NCBI GenBank assembly: GCA_000004985.1
Contig: GG738862.1
Origin: Naegleria gruberi
Lineage: Eukaryota
DNA: 64,000 nt
Strand: one strand, 5' to 3'
The notes under the pieces are model-generated. The model was not told where the DNA came from and ran no database searches. It saw nothing but the letters and a program-made list of their open reading frames with translations. Shown one piece after another: positions 9,046 to 19,772 of this stretch. How positions within the stretch are numbered: the first letter of the stretch is position 1; each line of letters opens with the position of its first letter. A program made the position numbers and the translations under genes.

Positions 9046-10527
9046 ATGTCTCTTGACGAAACTGTTCGAAACAATGAAATTAATCTTGTTGAAATGGAGA
9101 ATGTTTTATATTCAATGAAGATTGATACTGAACAACAATTTTATGAATCAACTTCAACTCAACAAGATGCCTTCAATTCTTCATCTAATAATAATAACAA
9201 TATTGATAATACACAGTTGACTAGTAATAATAAACCTTTACAACAAACTAGTAATACAATAGTTAAAATTGAAGAAGGTCAACAAGAATATAACACTAGT
9301 GTAACAATACCACCTAAAATTCCAAAACAAGATCAACAATATATTATAAATACCAAATATGGACAATTACAATTATCATGTGATAGAATAATATCAGTAT
9401 TAATCATGTTATTAGCAATTATTACATTATTTATGATGGCATTTCTATCTGCATGTACTTTAATATTAGAAACTAATACTGAAAATAAAACATTTAATCA
9501 CACAACTCAATTATCAAAGAATTTAATAAGATTAAATACTTATTACAAAATTATTATGGAAAGTGAAATTGTAGAGTTGTTAGTTGAGGAAATTAATGAA
9601 ACAATGATTGATGTTACAAGTGATTATCATCTATTATTAAGAGATGTACCTTATACTGGTAACACTGATAAATATAGTAGGGCAAGTGTAATTACTAGAA
9701 TTGGAGATTATTTTAACATATTGGAAAGTAATCATTTTCATCTTTATAATCAAGTTATTGAAAATAATTATACAGATACTAAATTTTTCTATTCGAATTA
9801 TCATCCAAGCCTAGTCAATTTCACACAAAGTTTAGACCTAGCTCTGATACTTGCTGATAAAGCTGCAAGTAATGAAGACGAATATATGAATTTAAATGCA
9901 ATTATTGATCTTGTATTATCTGTATTTGTATTAATTATTATAATTCCATCAACTGCTATATTACTTATCAAGTCAGCTGTCAATGACAACAAGTTTTTAG
10001 AAAAATTAAAAAAAGCAGATGCAAGAGTAGTGATTGAAACAATTGCAGACATAAGATTACAGAATGAATTTAAAGAATTATGTAAAGAACATAATCAATT
10101 ATCAAAATATCTATTTATGGAAAGAGTTCAATCATTCAATGAAATATGTCAAAGAGTTTTCGCATTACAAGATGAAATTGAAGAAGGAGTTAATCTAGAA
10201 ATGAGTAAGAAAATGTTAATTGAAATCGATCAATTGGAATCTAAAAAATTTGAATTATCATTTGAATTAATTACAGAATATCTTGATTTAGGTAGTGATA
10301 CCTTTTTAGGATATCCTTTAATAGGTGGAAAGAAAGCAGCGGAGAAAATCAAAAAGATATTCGATACTCAATCTGTTCACTTACCTGAAAACTTGTTTAA
10401 AAATGTTCAATCAAATGTTTCTTTGAATTTACTTCCAATTTACAAATTATGTAAATCCAATCAACAACGAAAGAGAAATCAACGAATGAAATTAATGAAG
10501 AAACAACAATTAGCAACGACACAATAA
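9046..10527 (+). CDS. Two-TM receptor-like protein with cytoplasmic RGS-like domain (paralogue of the 7187 gene)
   Basis: About 70% identical to the 7187 gene product over the TM2 and C-terminal domain (FKELCKEHNQLSKYLFMERVQSFNEICQRVFALQDEIEEGVNLEMSKKMLIEID). The start is chosen at aaaaaaATGtctctt by analogy with 7187. The upstream part of ORF 8902.. lacks family similarity. Confidence 0.5.
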   Translation: MSLDETVRNNEINLVEMENVLYSMKIDTEQQFYESTSTQQDAFNSSSNNNNNIDNTQLTSNNKPLQQTSNTIVKIEEGQQEYNTSVTIPPKIPKQDQQYIINTKYGQLQLSCDRIISVLIMLLAIITLFMMAFLSACTLILETNTENKTFNHTTQLSKNLIRLNTYYKIIMESEIVELLVEEINETMIDVTSDYHLLLRDVPYTGNTDKYSRASVITRIGDYFNILESNHFHLYNQVIENNYTDTKFFYSNYHPSLVNFTQSLDLALILADKAASNEDEYMNLNAIIDLVLSVFVLIIIIPSTAILLIKSAVNDNKFLEKLKKADARVVIETIADIRLQNEFKELCKEHNQLSKYLFMERVQSFNEICQRVFALQDEIEEGVNLEMSKKMLIEIDQLESKKFELSFELITEYLDLGSDTFLGYPLIGGKKAAEKIKKIFDTQSVHLPENLFKNVQSNVSLNLLPIYKLCKSNQQRKRNQRMKLMKKQQLATTQ

Positions 10528-10744
10528 TAAACATGATCGATTCGTAGACCGTATTACAATCAACATGTTGTTAGTTGTAGGAAATAGAGACTCCATTTTC
10601 CGACTCAAAGTTTACAACAAACAACAAATTTCAGAGGTGGACATTGATGGACATTGAAGGACTTTGATAATTGTTTTAAAAGTGTGAAATGAGTGGATTC
10701 TTTTCAAGGAGTTTTAAAGAAAAAACAAACAACACTTCACACAA

Positions 10745-12181
10745 ATGGAGATTTTTGATATTTTCATAGCACTGATCGTTGCATTGGTTTTATTCATTTC
10801 CATTCGATTCTTTACCTCTCAAAAAGGAAAGAAGAATGAACCACCAAGAGTACCTAATTTCATACCTTATTTTGGATCATTTATTGGTTTTGCCAAGAAT
10901 CCAGTAAATTTCGTCATTGAAAATTCTAAAATATATGGAAACATATTCACTGCAACCATTTTAGGTAAAGAAATGACATTTATTAATCATCCAACATTAT
11001 TAGATACAGTATTCAAAGCAACAGATAATGAATTATCATTGAGAGATATTTACAAATTTATGAAACCTGTATTTGGTAATGGAGTTGTTTATGACGCCGA
11101 GTCAACTGAAAGAATGATGGAACAAGTTAAATTTGTTAGTTCTGGTTTAACAACTAGTCGTTTCAGAGTCTTTGTTGATATTATTGAAGATGAAGTTAAA
11201 CAAAGAGTTGAACAATTGGGAAATGAAGGAACTTTTAATTTACTTGACTTGTTAAGTGATTTGATAATTTTCACAGCATCACGTTGTCTATTAGGAGATC
11301 AAGTCAGAGAATATTTGAGTGAGAAACAATTAGGTAAATTATATCATGATATAGATGAGGGAATTAGTGCGTTATCATTCTTTTATCCTTCATTACCTGC
11401 TAATAGACGTGATGTTGCTAGAAAGGCAATTGGTGAAATATTTCAAGAATTATTGAATAAGAGAAGAGAAGAACATGTAAAGAATCCAGAACGTTTATTA
11501 GATGAATCTAAAATGGATATAGTTGATCATTTACTTTTACAAAAATATAAAGATGGTCAAGAATTAACAGATGAACATCGAATTGGAATTTTAATTGCTG
11601 GTTTATTTGCTGGTCAACATACTTCATCCATTACAAGTACTTGGACTTTATTGAATATCATTTCTAATAAGAGAATTGAACAACAATTTAGAAATGAACA
11701 ATTATTACTTGAAAAGGAAAAGATGAATTATGAAACTATTATGAAAATGGAATATTTAGAAGCATGTATGAAAGAAGCACTTAGAATGTATCCACCACTT
11801 ATTATGGTAATGAGAATGGCTAGAAAACCAAGACAATGTGAAGAATTCATAATTCCTAAAGGTAATATTATTGTAGTTTCACCTTCGGCTGCTGGTAGAT
11901 GTAAAGATGTTTATTCTAATCCAGACGAATTCAATCCTGAACGTTTTACTGAATTGAAAGAACATGAAAAGTTTAAATATGGTTCAATTCCGTTTGGTGC
12001 AGGACGTCACAAATGTATTGGTGAAAATTTTGCACTTTTACAAGTGAAAAGTGTAATTTCCATTCTATTGAGATATTATGATATGGAATATAGTGGTGAA
12101 ATGCCATCTCCTTCATATACTTCAATGGTTGTTGGTCCTGATAAACCAATTATTGTAAAATATAAAAGAAGATTACAATAA
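10745..12181 (+). CDS. CYP51: Cytochrome P450 family 51, sterol 14-alpha-demethylase
   Basis: N-terminal membrane anchor plus PPRVPNFIPYFGSFIGFAKNPVNF. Helix-I signature AGQHTSS (CYP51 hallmark). Heme loop FGAGRHKCIGENFA. EXXR (EALR). It is a single exon. Confidence 0.85.
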   Translation: MEIFDIFIALIVALVLFISIRFFTSQKGKKNEPPRVPNFIPYFGSFIGFAKNPVNFVIENSKIYGNIFTATILGKEMTFINHPTLLDTVFKATDNELSLRDIYKFMKPVFGNGVVYDAESTERMMEQVKFVSSGLTTSRFRVFVDIIEDEVKQRVEQLGNEGTFNLLDLLSDLIIFTASRCLLGDQVREYLSEKQLGKLYHDIDEGISALSFFYPSLPANRRDVARKAIGEIFQELLNKRREEHVKNPERLLDESKMDIVDHLLLQKYKDGQELTDEHRIGILIAGLFAGQHTSSITSTWTLLNIISNKRIEQQFRNEQLLLEKEKMNYETIMKMEYLEACMKEALRMYPPLIMVMRMARKPRQCEEFIIPKGNIIVVSPSAAGRCKDVYSNPDEFNPERFTELKEHEKFKYGSIPFGAGRHKCIGENFALLQVKSVISILLRYYDMEYSGEMPSPSYTSMVVGPDKPIIVKYKRRLQ

Positions 12182-12276
12182 AATATTTAATTTGTTAATT
12201 GACTATATTTAATCAGCTAATCTTCTACAGGACTAAAATGGACTCTAATAGAGAGAATCATCCTACATTTTTTTGA

Positions 12277-13264
12277 TTGGATTGTTCAACTTCAAATGTC
12301 ATTTGTCCTGTCTCTTTACAAAACAAAAAATTTAGTTCTCTCGTGTTGAGTGGCAAATTCAACCACCATCAAACACAACAAACAAAAAAAAATAACAACA
12401 AAATGCCCATCAAAACAAACAACAATCAAAACAAACAAGACAAGATAGAGAAAAAAACTGCCAAATGTCCAGTTTGTTTATTCAACAATTTAACATGTCA
12501 CCATGCTGATAATATTAAATACAAGATATCCAACACTCCCTTCATCGGATGTTATAATAGAATATATATATTATGTATACAGATATGACTATCTACCAAT
12601 ACCTCCACAACAACAATTTTCCTATGATAATTTAATTTATGAACAAATAAGTAAATTTGCTGACATGTTAAATTATAATGAAAATTATTCTGATAAGGCC
12701 TATAGAGGAATGTTGTTGGAATATTTTTATAAACCTCTTCATACATATGCGAAGGGAGAAGGTTGGATAGATGAGAGTGCAACACTTTCAATCAAAGAGG
12801 AAACGAATAAGAATACTAAAGAAGGAAATGTCTTGAGTGATGATGATAGTGTAGATTTGGGAGCTAATTTACAAGATGAACAACATCTTCCCTCATCTAT
12901 TCAACTAAATTATGGGAATACATCCTGCCTATTTAAACCTAAAAAGATTACAAAAAAGTCAAAACGCAAGCAAAAAGCTCCATCAACAACAAATATTCCA
13001 CCAATTAAGAGAACTGCCATAATTAGTAATAGAGCAAATAATGAATCTAGAATGATGTATTTAGAAGAGAAGGATCTCAATAGCACAGAAACATTATTAA
13101 CTGCTATAAGAAATAATTTAGAAATCACTCGTTTAAATAATTTACAATTTAAACATAAGAATATTTATGTTACTGTTAAGGAGAATGAAGTTTCAATAAT
13201 TAAAGATCTAATGAAGGAGAATGATGATACTTTGAAATTTTGTTATGGAACTAAAGCTCAATAA
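12277..13264 (+). CDS. Hypothetical protein formed by two overlapping ORFs (probably joined by a small intron). The N-terminus has a CPVC...CHH zinc-knuckle-like segment.
   Basis: ORFs 12277..12588 and 12503..13264 are in different frames. No recognisable domain. Confidence 0.25.
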
Positions 13265-14316
13265 TAATAATAAATATCAAATCATTATTTTAGGAATACA
13301 CATTATCAACAATCCAATAAGAGCTCCACATTCACAACTTGTTCCTCCTTACAATAATCAAAAAAAAACAAATAAAAAAAAAACAAATAATGACTGAAAA
13401 TCTATTACGTGCTATAGTGTTGCTTCCAACACATAATTATAGTGATGAAGAATTAAAGGAACAACTCGGTTCTCTTGCAAATTTATTAGCTGCTGTTCCA
13501 TTTGAGGAAATGAAAGATAAAGAATCTAATAGTGTATCTCTATTGACATTGTTGGTAAAGTTATTGAACTTCCATTTCGTTTGGCTGGAATGTGATTGAC
13601 AGAAGGAAATTTGTGAAGTTTGTATTTCAGTGAGTGGTAAGGCAAATGAAAGCAACTTAATTACTTCTTCCAGAAAATCTTCAAACACCTGCCAATACTA
13701 GAATGATGAAACCAGCTAAAAAACAAGTTTCATCCAAAGAATGGATTATTGACTGATAACACCATTCAGGAAGGTGTTACAAAATTCAAAACTCAATTAT
13801 ATGATGCAGTAGATCTCACTAAGGAAACAGCAAAGAATATGCTCATCCTTACCAGAAACATGTCTCACAAATAAGGAGGTTATCAATATTAGTTGTATAA
13901 TAATTTATTATAAAACAACAATGCAATTTGTAAATAAAAATGATTAATCAATCTTCTTCATCAGCATCACCTCCAATAATACAAACATCTTCATCATCGA
14001 CAAGTAGCCATCATCATTATCAACATGAAAATATTCCTCGAGTAGCCTCTTCTTCATCATCATGTGATTTAAATAGAATGAATAGTTCGGAGAGTAATTT
14101 AGATGATATTCTCTCTTCATCACTATCATCAACAGGTTCTATTAAGGAACATCGTTCAATGAGACAATCTTTATCTATTCAACAACAACAATATTATAAT
14201 CAATCATCTGATTATACTTCTAATTCATTATTATTTGAGCCTAAAACTTTATTCTTTCCATGTATGTAATATTTAAATTCATCAATCATTATACAACAAT
14301 TTAATTAATTTAATTC

Positions 14317-14712
14317 ATGAACAACAATATAATAGTACCTAACAAGTATAAAACAAAATTTAGTCTCTATCTATTTAATGATAGTTCAACTGATTTCATA
14401 GCCTTCACTATTAAGAATCCAAATACAAAATATTTTGAAATTTCATCCGAAGCCTATTTTCCATCACTGAATAGTAATTCATCATCATCGTCATCATCTT
14501 CATGTTCATGTAATAATAATTGTTATGGATGTAGTAATAGTCTATTATCAAGTCAAGTTATATTTCCAAAATCTCAAATAGTATTAAATATTACATTACA
14601 TTGTAATCAAGTATTAACAAATGATGATAATTTAATATTTGAATTTAATTATAAAAAATCAGAAGATCCACATGATTTAATTAGAAAAACTGTATGTTTT
14701 AATTTTATTTAA
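14317..14712 (+). CDS. Hypothetical small protein with a possible MSP/PapD-like beta-sandwich
   Basis: The pattern FSLYLFNDSSTDFIAFTIKNPNTKYFEISSEAYFP...SQIVLNITL resembles the MSP domain. This is weak. Confidence 0.2.
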   Translation: MNNNIIVPNKYKTKFSLYLFNDSSTDFIAFTIKNPNTKYFEISSEAYFPSLNSNSSSSSSSSCSCNNNCYGCSNSLLSSQVIFPKSQIVLNITLHCNQVLTNDDNLIFEFNYKKSEDPHDLIRKTVCFNFI

Positions 14713-14822
14713 TTATTTAATTTTATTTAATTTTACTATAATTTAATTATTTTTTATATAATTATTTATTTAATTATTTAATTAATTAAAAGAATATACC
14801 AAAAATAACATTTACACATAAA

Positions 14823-16585
14823 ATGGAAGTTAAATTTTCATATCCATCAGATGATAATATAAATGTAAAATTTGGAGATAATATATTATTATTAACACCT
14901 AAAAAATTAAATTTTCATTCCCTAATTAGACCTGATCTTTCCATAAATGTAAAATATAGTACTTTACAAAATTATAAAAAATTATATTCATTAAATGAAT
15001 TATATTTAAATCATTTAATGAATATAATAGAAAAAGATGAAATTCAAGAAGAAATTCAAAGTTATTATTGTCCATCATGTTTAACTGAATTTGCTAAAAG
15101 TGAAGCAATGTTTAACAAGATGAAATGTCAATTTTGTTTTTCATGTCCATCATGTCAATGTAATTTAAATTTAGTTACAAGAAATTTACAAACATTTTTA
15201 TCATGTCCATATTGTTATTATGATACTTTGGATATTAATTTAAAAACAAATGATTCATTTAATCAATTATTTGAAATTGTAAAGGAAAATGATAATAGAT
15301 TACAATCAGATTTTAATTTACAATTAAGAAAATATGCTGATCATGTTAAAAAATTAAATTCAAATTCAAATTCAAATCAACAATATAGAAAATTTTCAAT
15401 AGTTTTAGATTCTTATGTAACTGTGACTACTAATAGTAATTCATCATCTAATAATAGTAATAATAATAGAATTGGTAATAGTAATACTTCTAATTATGGA
15501 AATGGAATTGAACCATTAACTCATTCATCAAATGAAAGTTTAGATTCCTATTTAAAAAAAAGTGATCAAAGAGTTCAATACATGACATCAAGTGAATATT
15601 CATATAATAATTTAATATCATTTGAAAGTAAATTACAAAATAATAATAATAATACATTTAATTCTAATAATTCTAATAATAATAATAATGACATTTCAAT
15701 GTTGTATCCACAGAGAAAAACACTTTGTATTAAAAAGATTAAAAAATATGGAGAGGAAATTATTGTTAAAAGAGATTCAAAAAATCATTCAACTAATTTT
15801 GATATTAATTATAATGCAATGTATGTTTTTTAATTTTTTAATTTTAATTTTAATATTTTTAAAGTAAATTTTTACCTAAATTTTCAATACTTAATGTACC
15901 AGTATTAAATGTAAATAGAGAATCAGATATATATTTATTAATTACAAATCCAAATGAGGAATGTAGATTATATTTAAATTTAGAATCATTTGATAATAAT
16001 GTTAAATTAAATTTACCTAAAAAGACAATAGTATTAAAAGAAAATAATGGATTAGAATCATATTCAGCTGATGTTCAACAATTAGGAATTGAAGATGAAA
16101 AATTGAGGGAATTAGATCATGAAATTGAACACATAATTGAAAGGAGAAATAATCAATTAAAAATTAGAATTGGAGTTTTACCATTTGAATCCAATGTTAA
16201 ATTTAAAATAAGAGTTAAATTGAGTGGACTATCTTTGAGTGCTGCATTTTCATCTTCTCCAAATTCTGTTACATCACCTAATAATAATTCAAGTTCTGCT
16301 ATCACTAATTCAAATAGTAATATCAATAACAATAGTAATAATAACTCATCAACAAATGCTACTAATAATAATGGATTGACTGTTTCATCAAGTTTAACAA
16401 ATTCAATGATGGAATCAATAGCACTAAACTCACCCAAAAAGAAGGAAATGTATGAAAAACAAGAAAACAAACAAGTGGAATATCTTGTACATTTTCAACT
16501 TCCAAGTGCTGTTTATACTGAAGATGATTTGAATGAGCACCAAGAAAGTTCTACACCAAAAGTTGACTGGATTAAAGTTTATTGA
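14823..16585 (+). CDS. DCTN4: Dynactin subunit 4 (p62), two exons: 14823..15820 and 15865..16585, separated by a 44-nt intron
   Basis: YYCPSCLTEFAKSEAMFNKMKCQFCFSCPSCQCNLNLVTRN matches the p62 Cys-rich motif (YCPSCLE..AEA..KK.RC..CF.CP.C...L.TRA). The intron GTATGTTTTTTAATTTTTTAATTTTAATTTTAATATTTTTAAAG restores continuity INYNA|IKFLPKFSILNVPVLNVNRESDIYLLITNPNEE, which resembles the human segment [33 protein letters not shown]. Confidence 0.6.
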
Positions 16586-16734
16586 GTTGTGCTTATCAAT
16601 AAATTTCTTAAAGTTCTTAATTTTATAAGAATAATTTTATTAATGGTTAGTTACAATGGAGTAGAATAATTACGAATAACAAATTGTTCTTCTTCTTGCT
16701 AATTATCCCAATTGTTGAGTTGGTCCAAGTGTTA

Positions 16735-19698
16735 TTAGACATTTTCTTGATTAACTCCTCTTCCATTATTATCTGTGTTATTATCACCAGCAATTGGACC
16801 ATCATTGGATAATGTAGTACTATTATTAGTTGTATCATTACCAATTCCATATTGTCTTCTCAATGCATCCAAATCAAAAGGTAAAGTTAATTGAATTTGT
16901 AAATTTGGTCTCTTTGCATTTTCTCTTCTCAATTTTTCTAATTCTTCTTCATCAATAATCCACATTTCATCATCATCATAACGTTGACCAAAACATAATA
17001 AATTTGATTTGATAAAATCTAAAGCCTTCATAAAATTATTACCATATTTTGAATTATTAAAATTATTTAAAAATCTACGTTTAGATTCAACCTGTTCAAC
17101 ACGTGCAGTACCAGTTGTTGTATCAAATGGAAGTGGAATTTCCTTAGTTGCTCTATAATTTTCTATATTTGCAATATTTTCATGTTCAATACGGAAAATA
17201 TTCCAAATAAATCTTCTTAAAATTTCCAAAAATACAAACAAGTATAAAATCCATTCCAATGTTTCCTTTTCAATTTTAACAAATGATTTAACAAATAAAA
17301 ATGGTAACCAAACCCATCTTAGTATAATATTACTAAACATGGCCATATAATAATATTGAGGTGAAAATATTAATTTAGATCTTAATCCCCAATATTTAGT
17401 TTTCTTTTCAAATAAACCCATATCAACACGTAAATCCCAATATAATTTTAAACATGTTGAAATAATATTTATAATAATATATATAATACGTAATATTGTA
17501 AATGATCCAATTAATATATTATTAGAATTATCCAATGTTAATTTATCAATAAATGCAATAATAATGACTAAACATGATGAAAAATATTTTAATGCATTTA
17601 ATAAATGCATTTTTTGTCTAGTATCATAATATTTTCTTAAACATTGCATTAATCTAACATGATATGGAATGTAATTTAAAATTGGAATTCCTAAACTTTT
17701 AGTTGAAGAACAAAATAAAGAAATTGTTGAAAATTTTGAAGTTGCAGGATAAATACAACCAATAAATTGTAATTCAAATAAAACATCAGATAAAGAAGTT
17801 AATTGATCTGCAATAAAAAAGTCAGAAAATCTAACTACTGTAAAAGGAGATGCTAACATTCTTAAAATACATTTTAATAACCAATATCTAAATTCAAAAT
17901 TTAAAATTTTAAAAGGATTAATTAAATATAAAATAAAAATAATCCATAATATAATTGGATGCCAATATGCATATTGTCCTATTAATAGAATATTACTTAA
18001 ATAGGAAATTACATTCATCATGTAAATTAATTGACTTGTAAAAATTATATTTAAAATTAATAATGAAATTGATAAAAATTTCCAAGTTGATAAACACATT
18101 AATGGATTTAATCCTAATATGTAAATATAATTAATATTATATTTACTCCAAATTCTAATATTTATACTTATAAAAAATGTTAATAATGTTGGAAATAATA
18201 ATAATCTATATAAAGAAAAACTTTGATCATCATATTCTATATTTTCCTTATTTGTAAATTCATATGTATAAAAATAATAAAATAAATTTATAATTATTAA
18301 TATAAATAAACTTCCTAATAAAATACCACTTGTAAATATATCTTTTAAATTATTTACTTCTAAAATACCAATATCTCCTATTTTTAATTTACTTAATTGT
18401 TCACTTGCTAATTTTATATCATTTTCACAATAATATTCTGCATAATAATAAATTGTATCTTTAATATGTTTATCAATTAAATTAGAATTTTTAAAATATT
18501 GATATTTTATAAATTTTATATTTTCAAATATTTCTGTAAAATTAATATTTCCATATATAGTATCATAATAATTATTATATTATTATTATTTAGAATTATT
18601 ATTATTATTAGAATTATTATTAAAATTATTATTAATAATAATAGGAGTATTAATTGAATTATTTTTAGAATTATAATTAATTGCATCATTTAATTCATTA
18701 AAAGTAAATTTAATTTTTCTTTTTGTAATTTCATTTAATTTTGTTGTAATATGAATTAAAGCATTATAATTAACTAATCTATAATTAAATAATAAATTTA
18801 AATTATAATAATGTTCTTCAATTCCTTCTTTTAATTTTTGTTTTTGATTAAATGTTAAAATTTCTAATTTTGATGATTTACTATCTTTAGAAATTAATGA
18901 TCTTGCATATTTATTATCATTATACATTTCATTAATTTTATTAATTTGTTCTAATAATCTATTATGTTCATCATTAATAGAAATTTCATTTTCTAAATAA
19001 AAATTATTAATCTTATTAATTTCCTTATATAGTAAATATTTAAAATCTTCAATTAAATTATTATTTATATCATTATTATTATTATTATTTCTTCTATTTG
19101 TTAAATTAATAGATGAAGATATAATATTTTTAATATTAAAATCAGAATGTTTAAATTCATCTTTTAAATCATTTAATTTATCAAGTAAATATTTATAATC
19201 TAAATATTTAACTTGCCATTCTGTTACCATATTTGCATAAAATTGTTGTTGTAATGTTTTTTCATCATATGAAGATGATATTATTATAGATTCAGATGAT
19301 TCACTACTACTACTACTATCATCTGATTCTACACTTTCAATACTATTTCTATTTTCATTATCTTCATTAGATCTCAATAATATATTATTAGTATTATTAT
19401 TGCTGTTATTATTATTATTAATAGATTTAAAAGAGTGATGATGATGATGACGGTGATGATCACCATATTCTATTGGATCATCAATATATTTATGATGATG
19501 ATCTAATAATTCTAATTCATCTTCTTGATTTAATGGAATATCTTCTTCTATACGTTCATCATCATCATTAATTGTTGAGGAATGTATCATCATCATTGGT
19601 GGAGGAGGTGTTGAAAAACTTCCTACCCCACTACCAATGGGTGATGAAAATGATGACAAGTTTGGTGGAGTCTTGTTAATTATACTTGTTCTTCTCAT
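16735..19698 (-). CDS. SPX-EXS family protein (XPR1/SYG1/PHO1-like phosphate exporter homologue). It has a His-run N-terminal extension. There is at least one intron, with acceptor ttttacag at about 18535.
   Basis: EXS signatures are VVRFSDFFIADQLTS and RRFIWNIFRIEHENIANIENYRATKEIPLPFD. The SPX start-like segment is FYANMVTEWQVKYLDYKYLLDKL (compare PEWRKQYINYEEMK). The frame is open on the minus strand from 16735 to about 18534 without an ATG. The upstream exon 18586..19698 ends in a stop, so the exact splice is unresolved. Confidence 0.55.
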
Positions 19699-19772
19699 AT
19701 TGTAAATACACTTGTTGTTGTTGTTCTATGAGTAGTTTCAATAGGTATTAGATGATAATAATATGATGCTAT

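Noticed and set aside
13339-14269. Small ORFs 13339..13599, 13437..13688 and 13940..14269 as genes
   Set aside because: There are no recognisable domains and the frames are mixed. They may be exons of one multi-exon gene, but I could not establish splice links with confidence.
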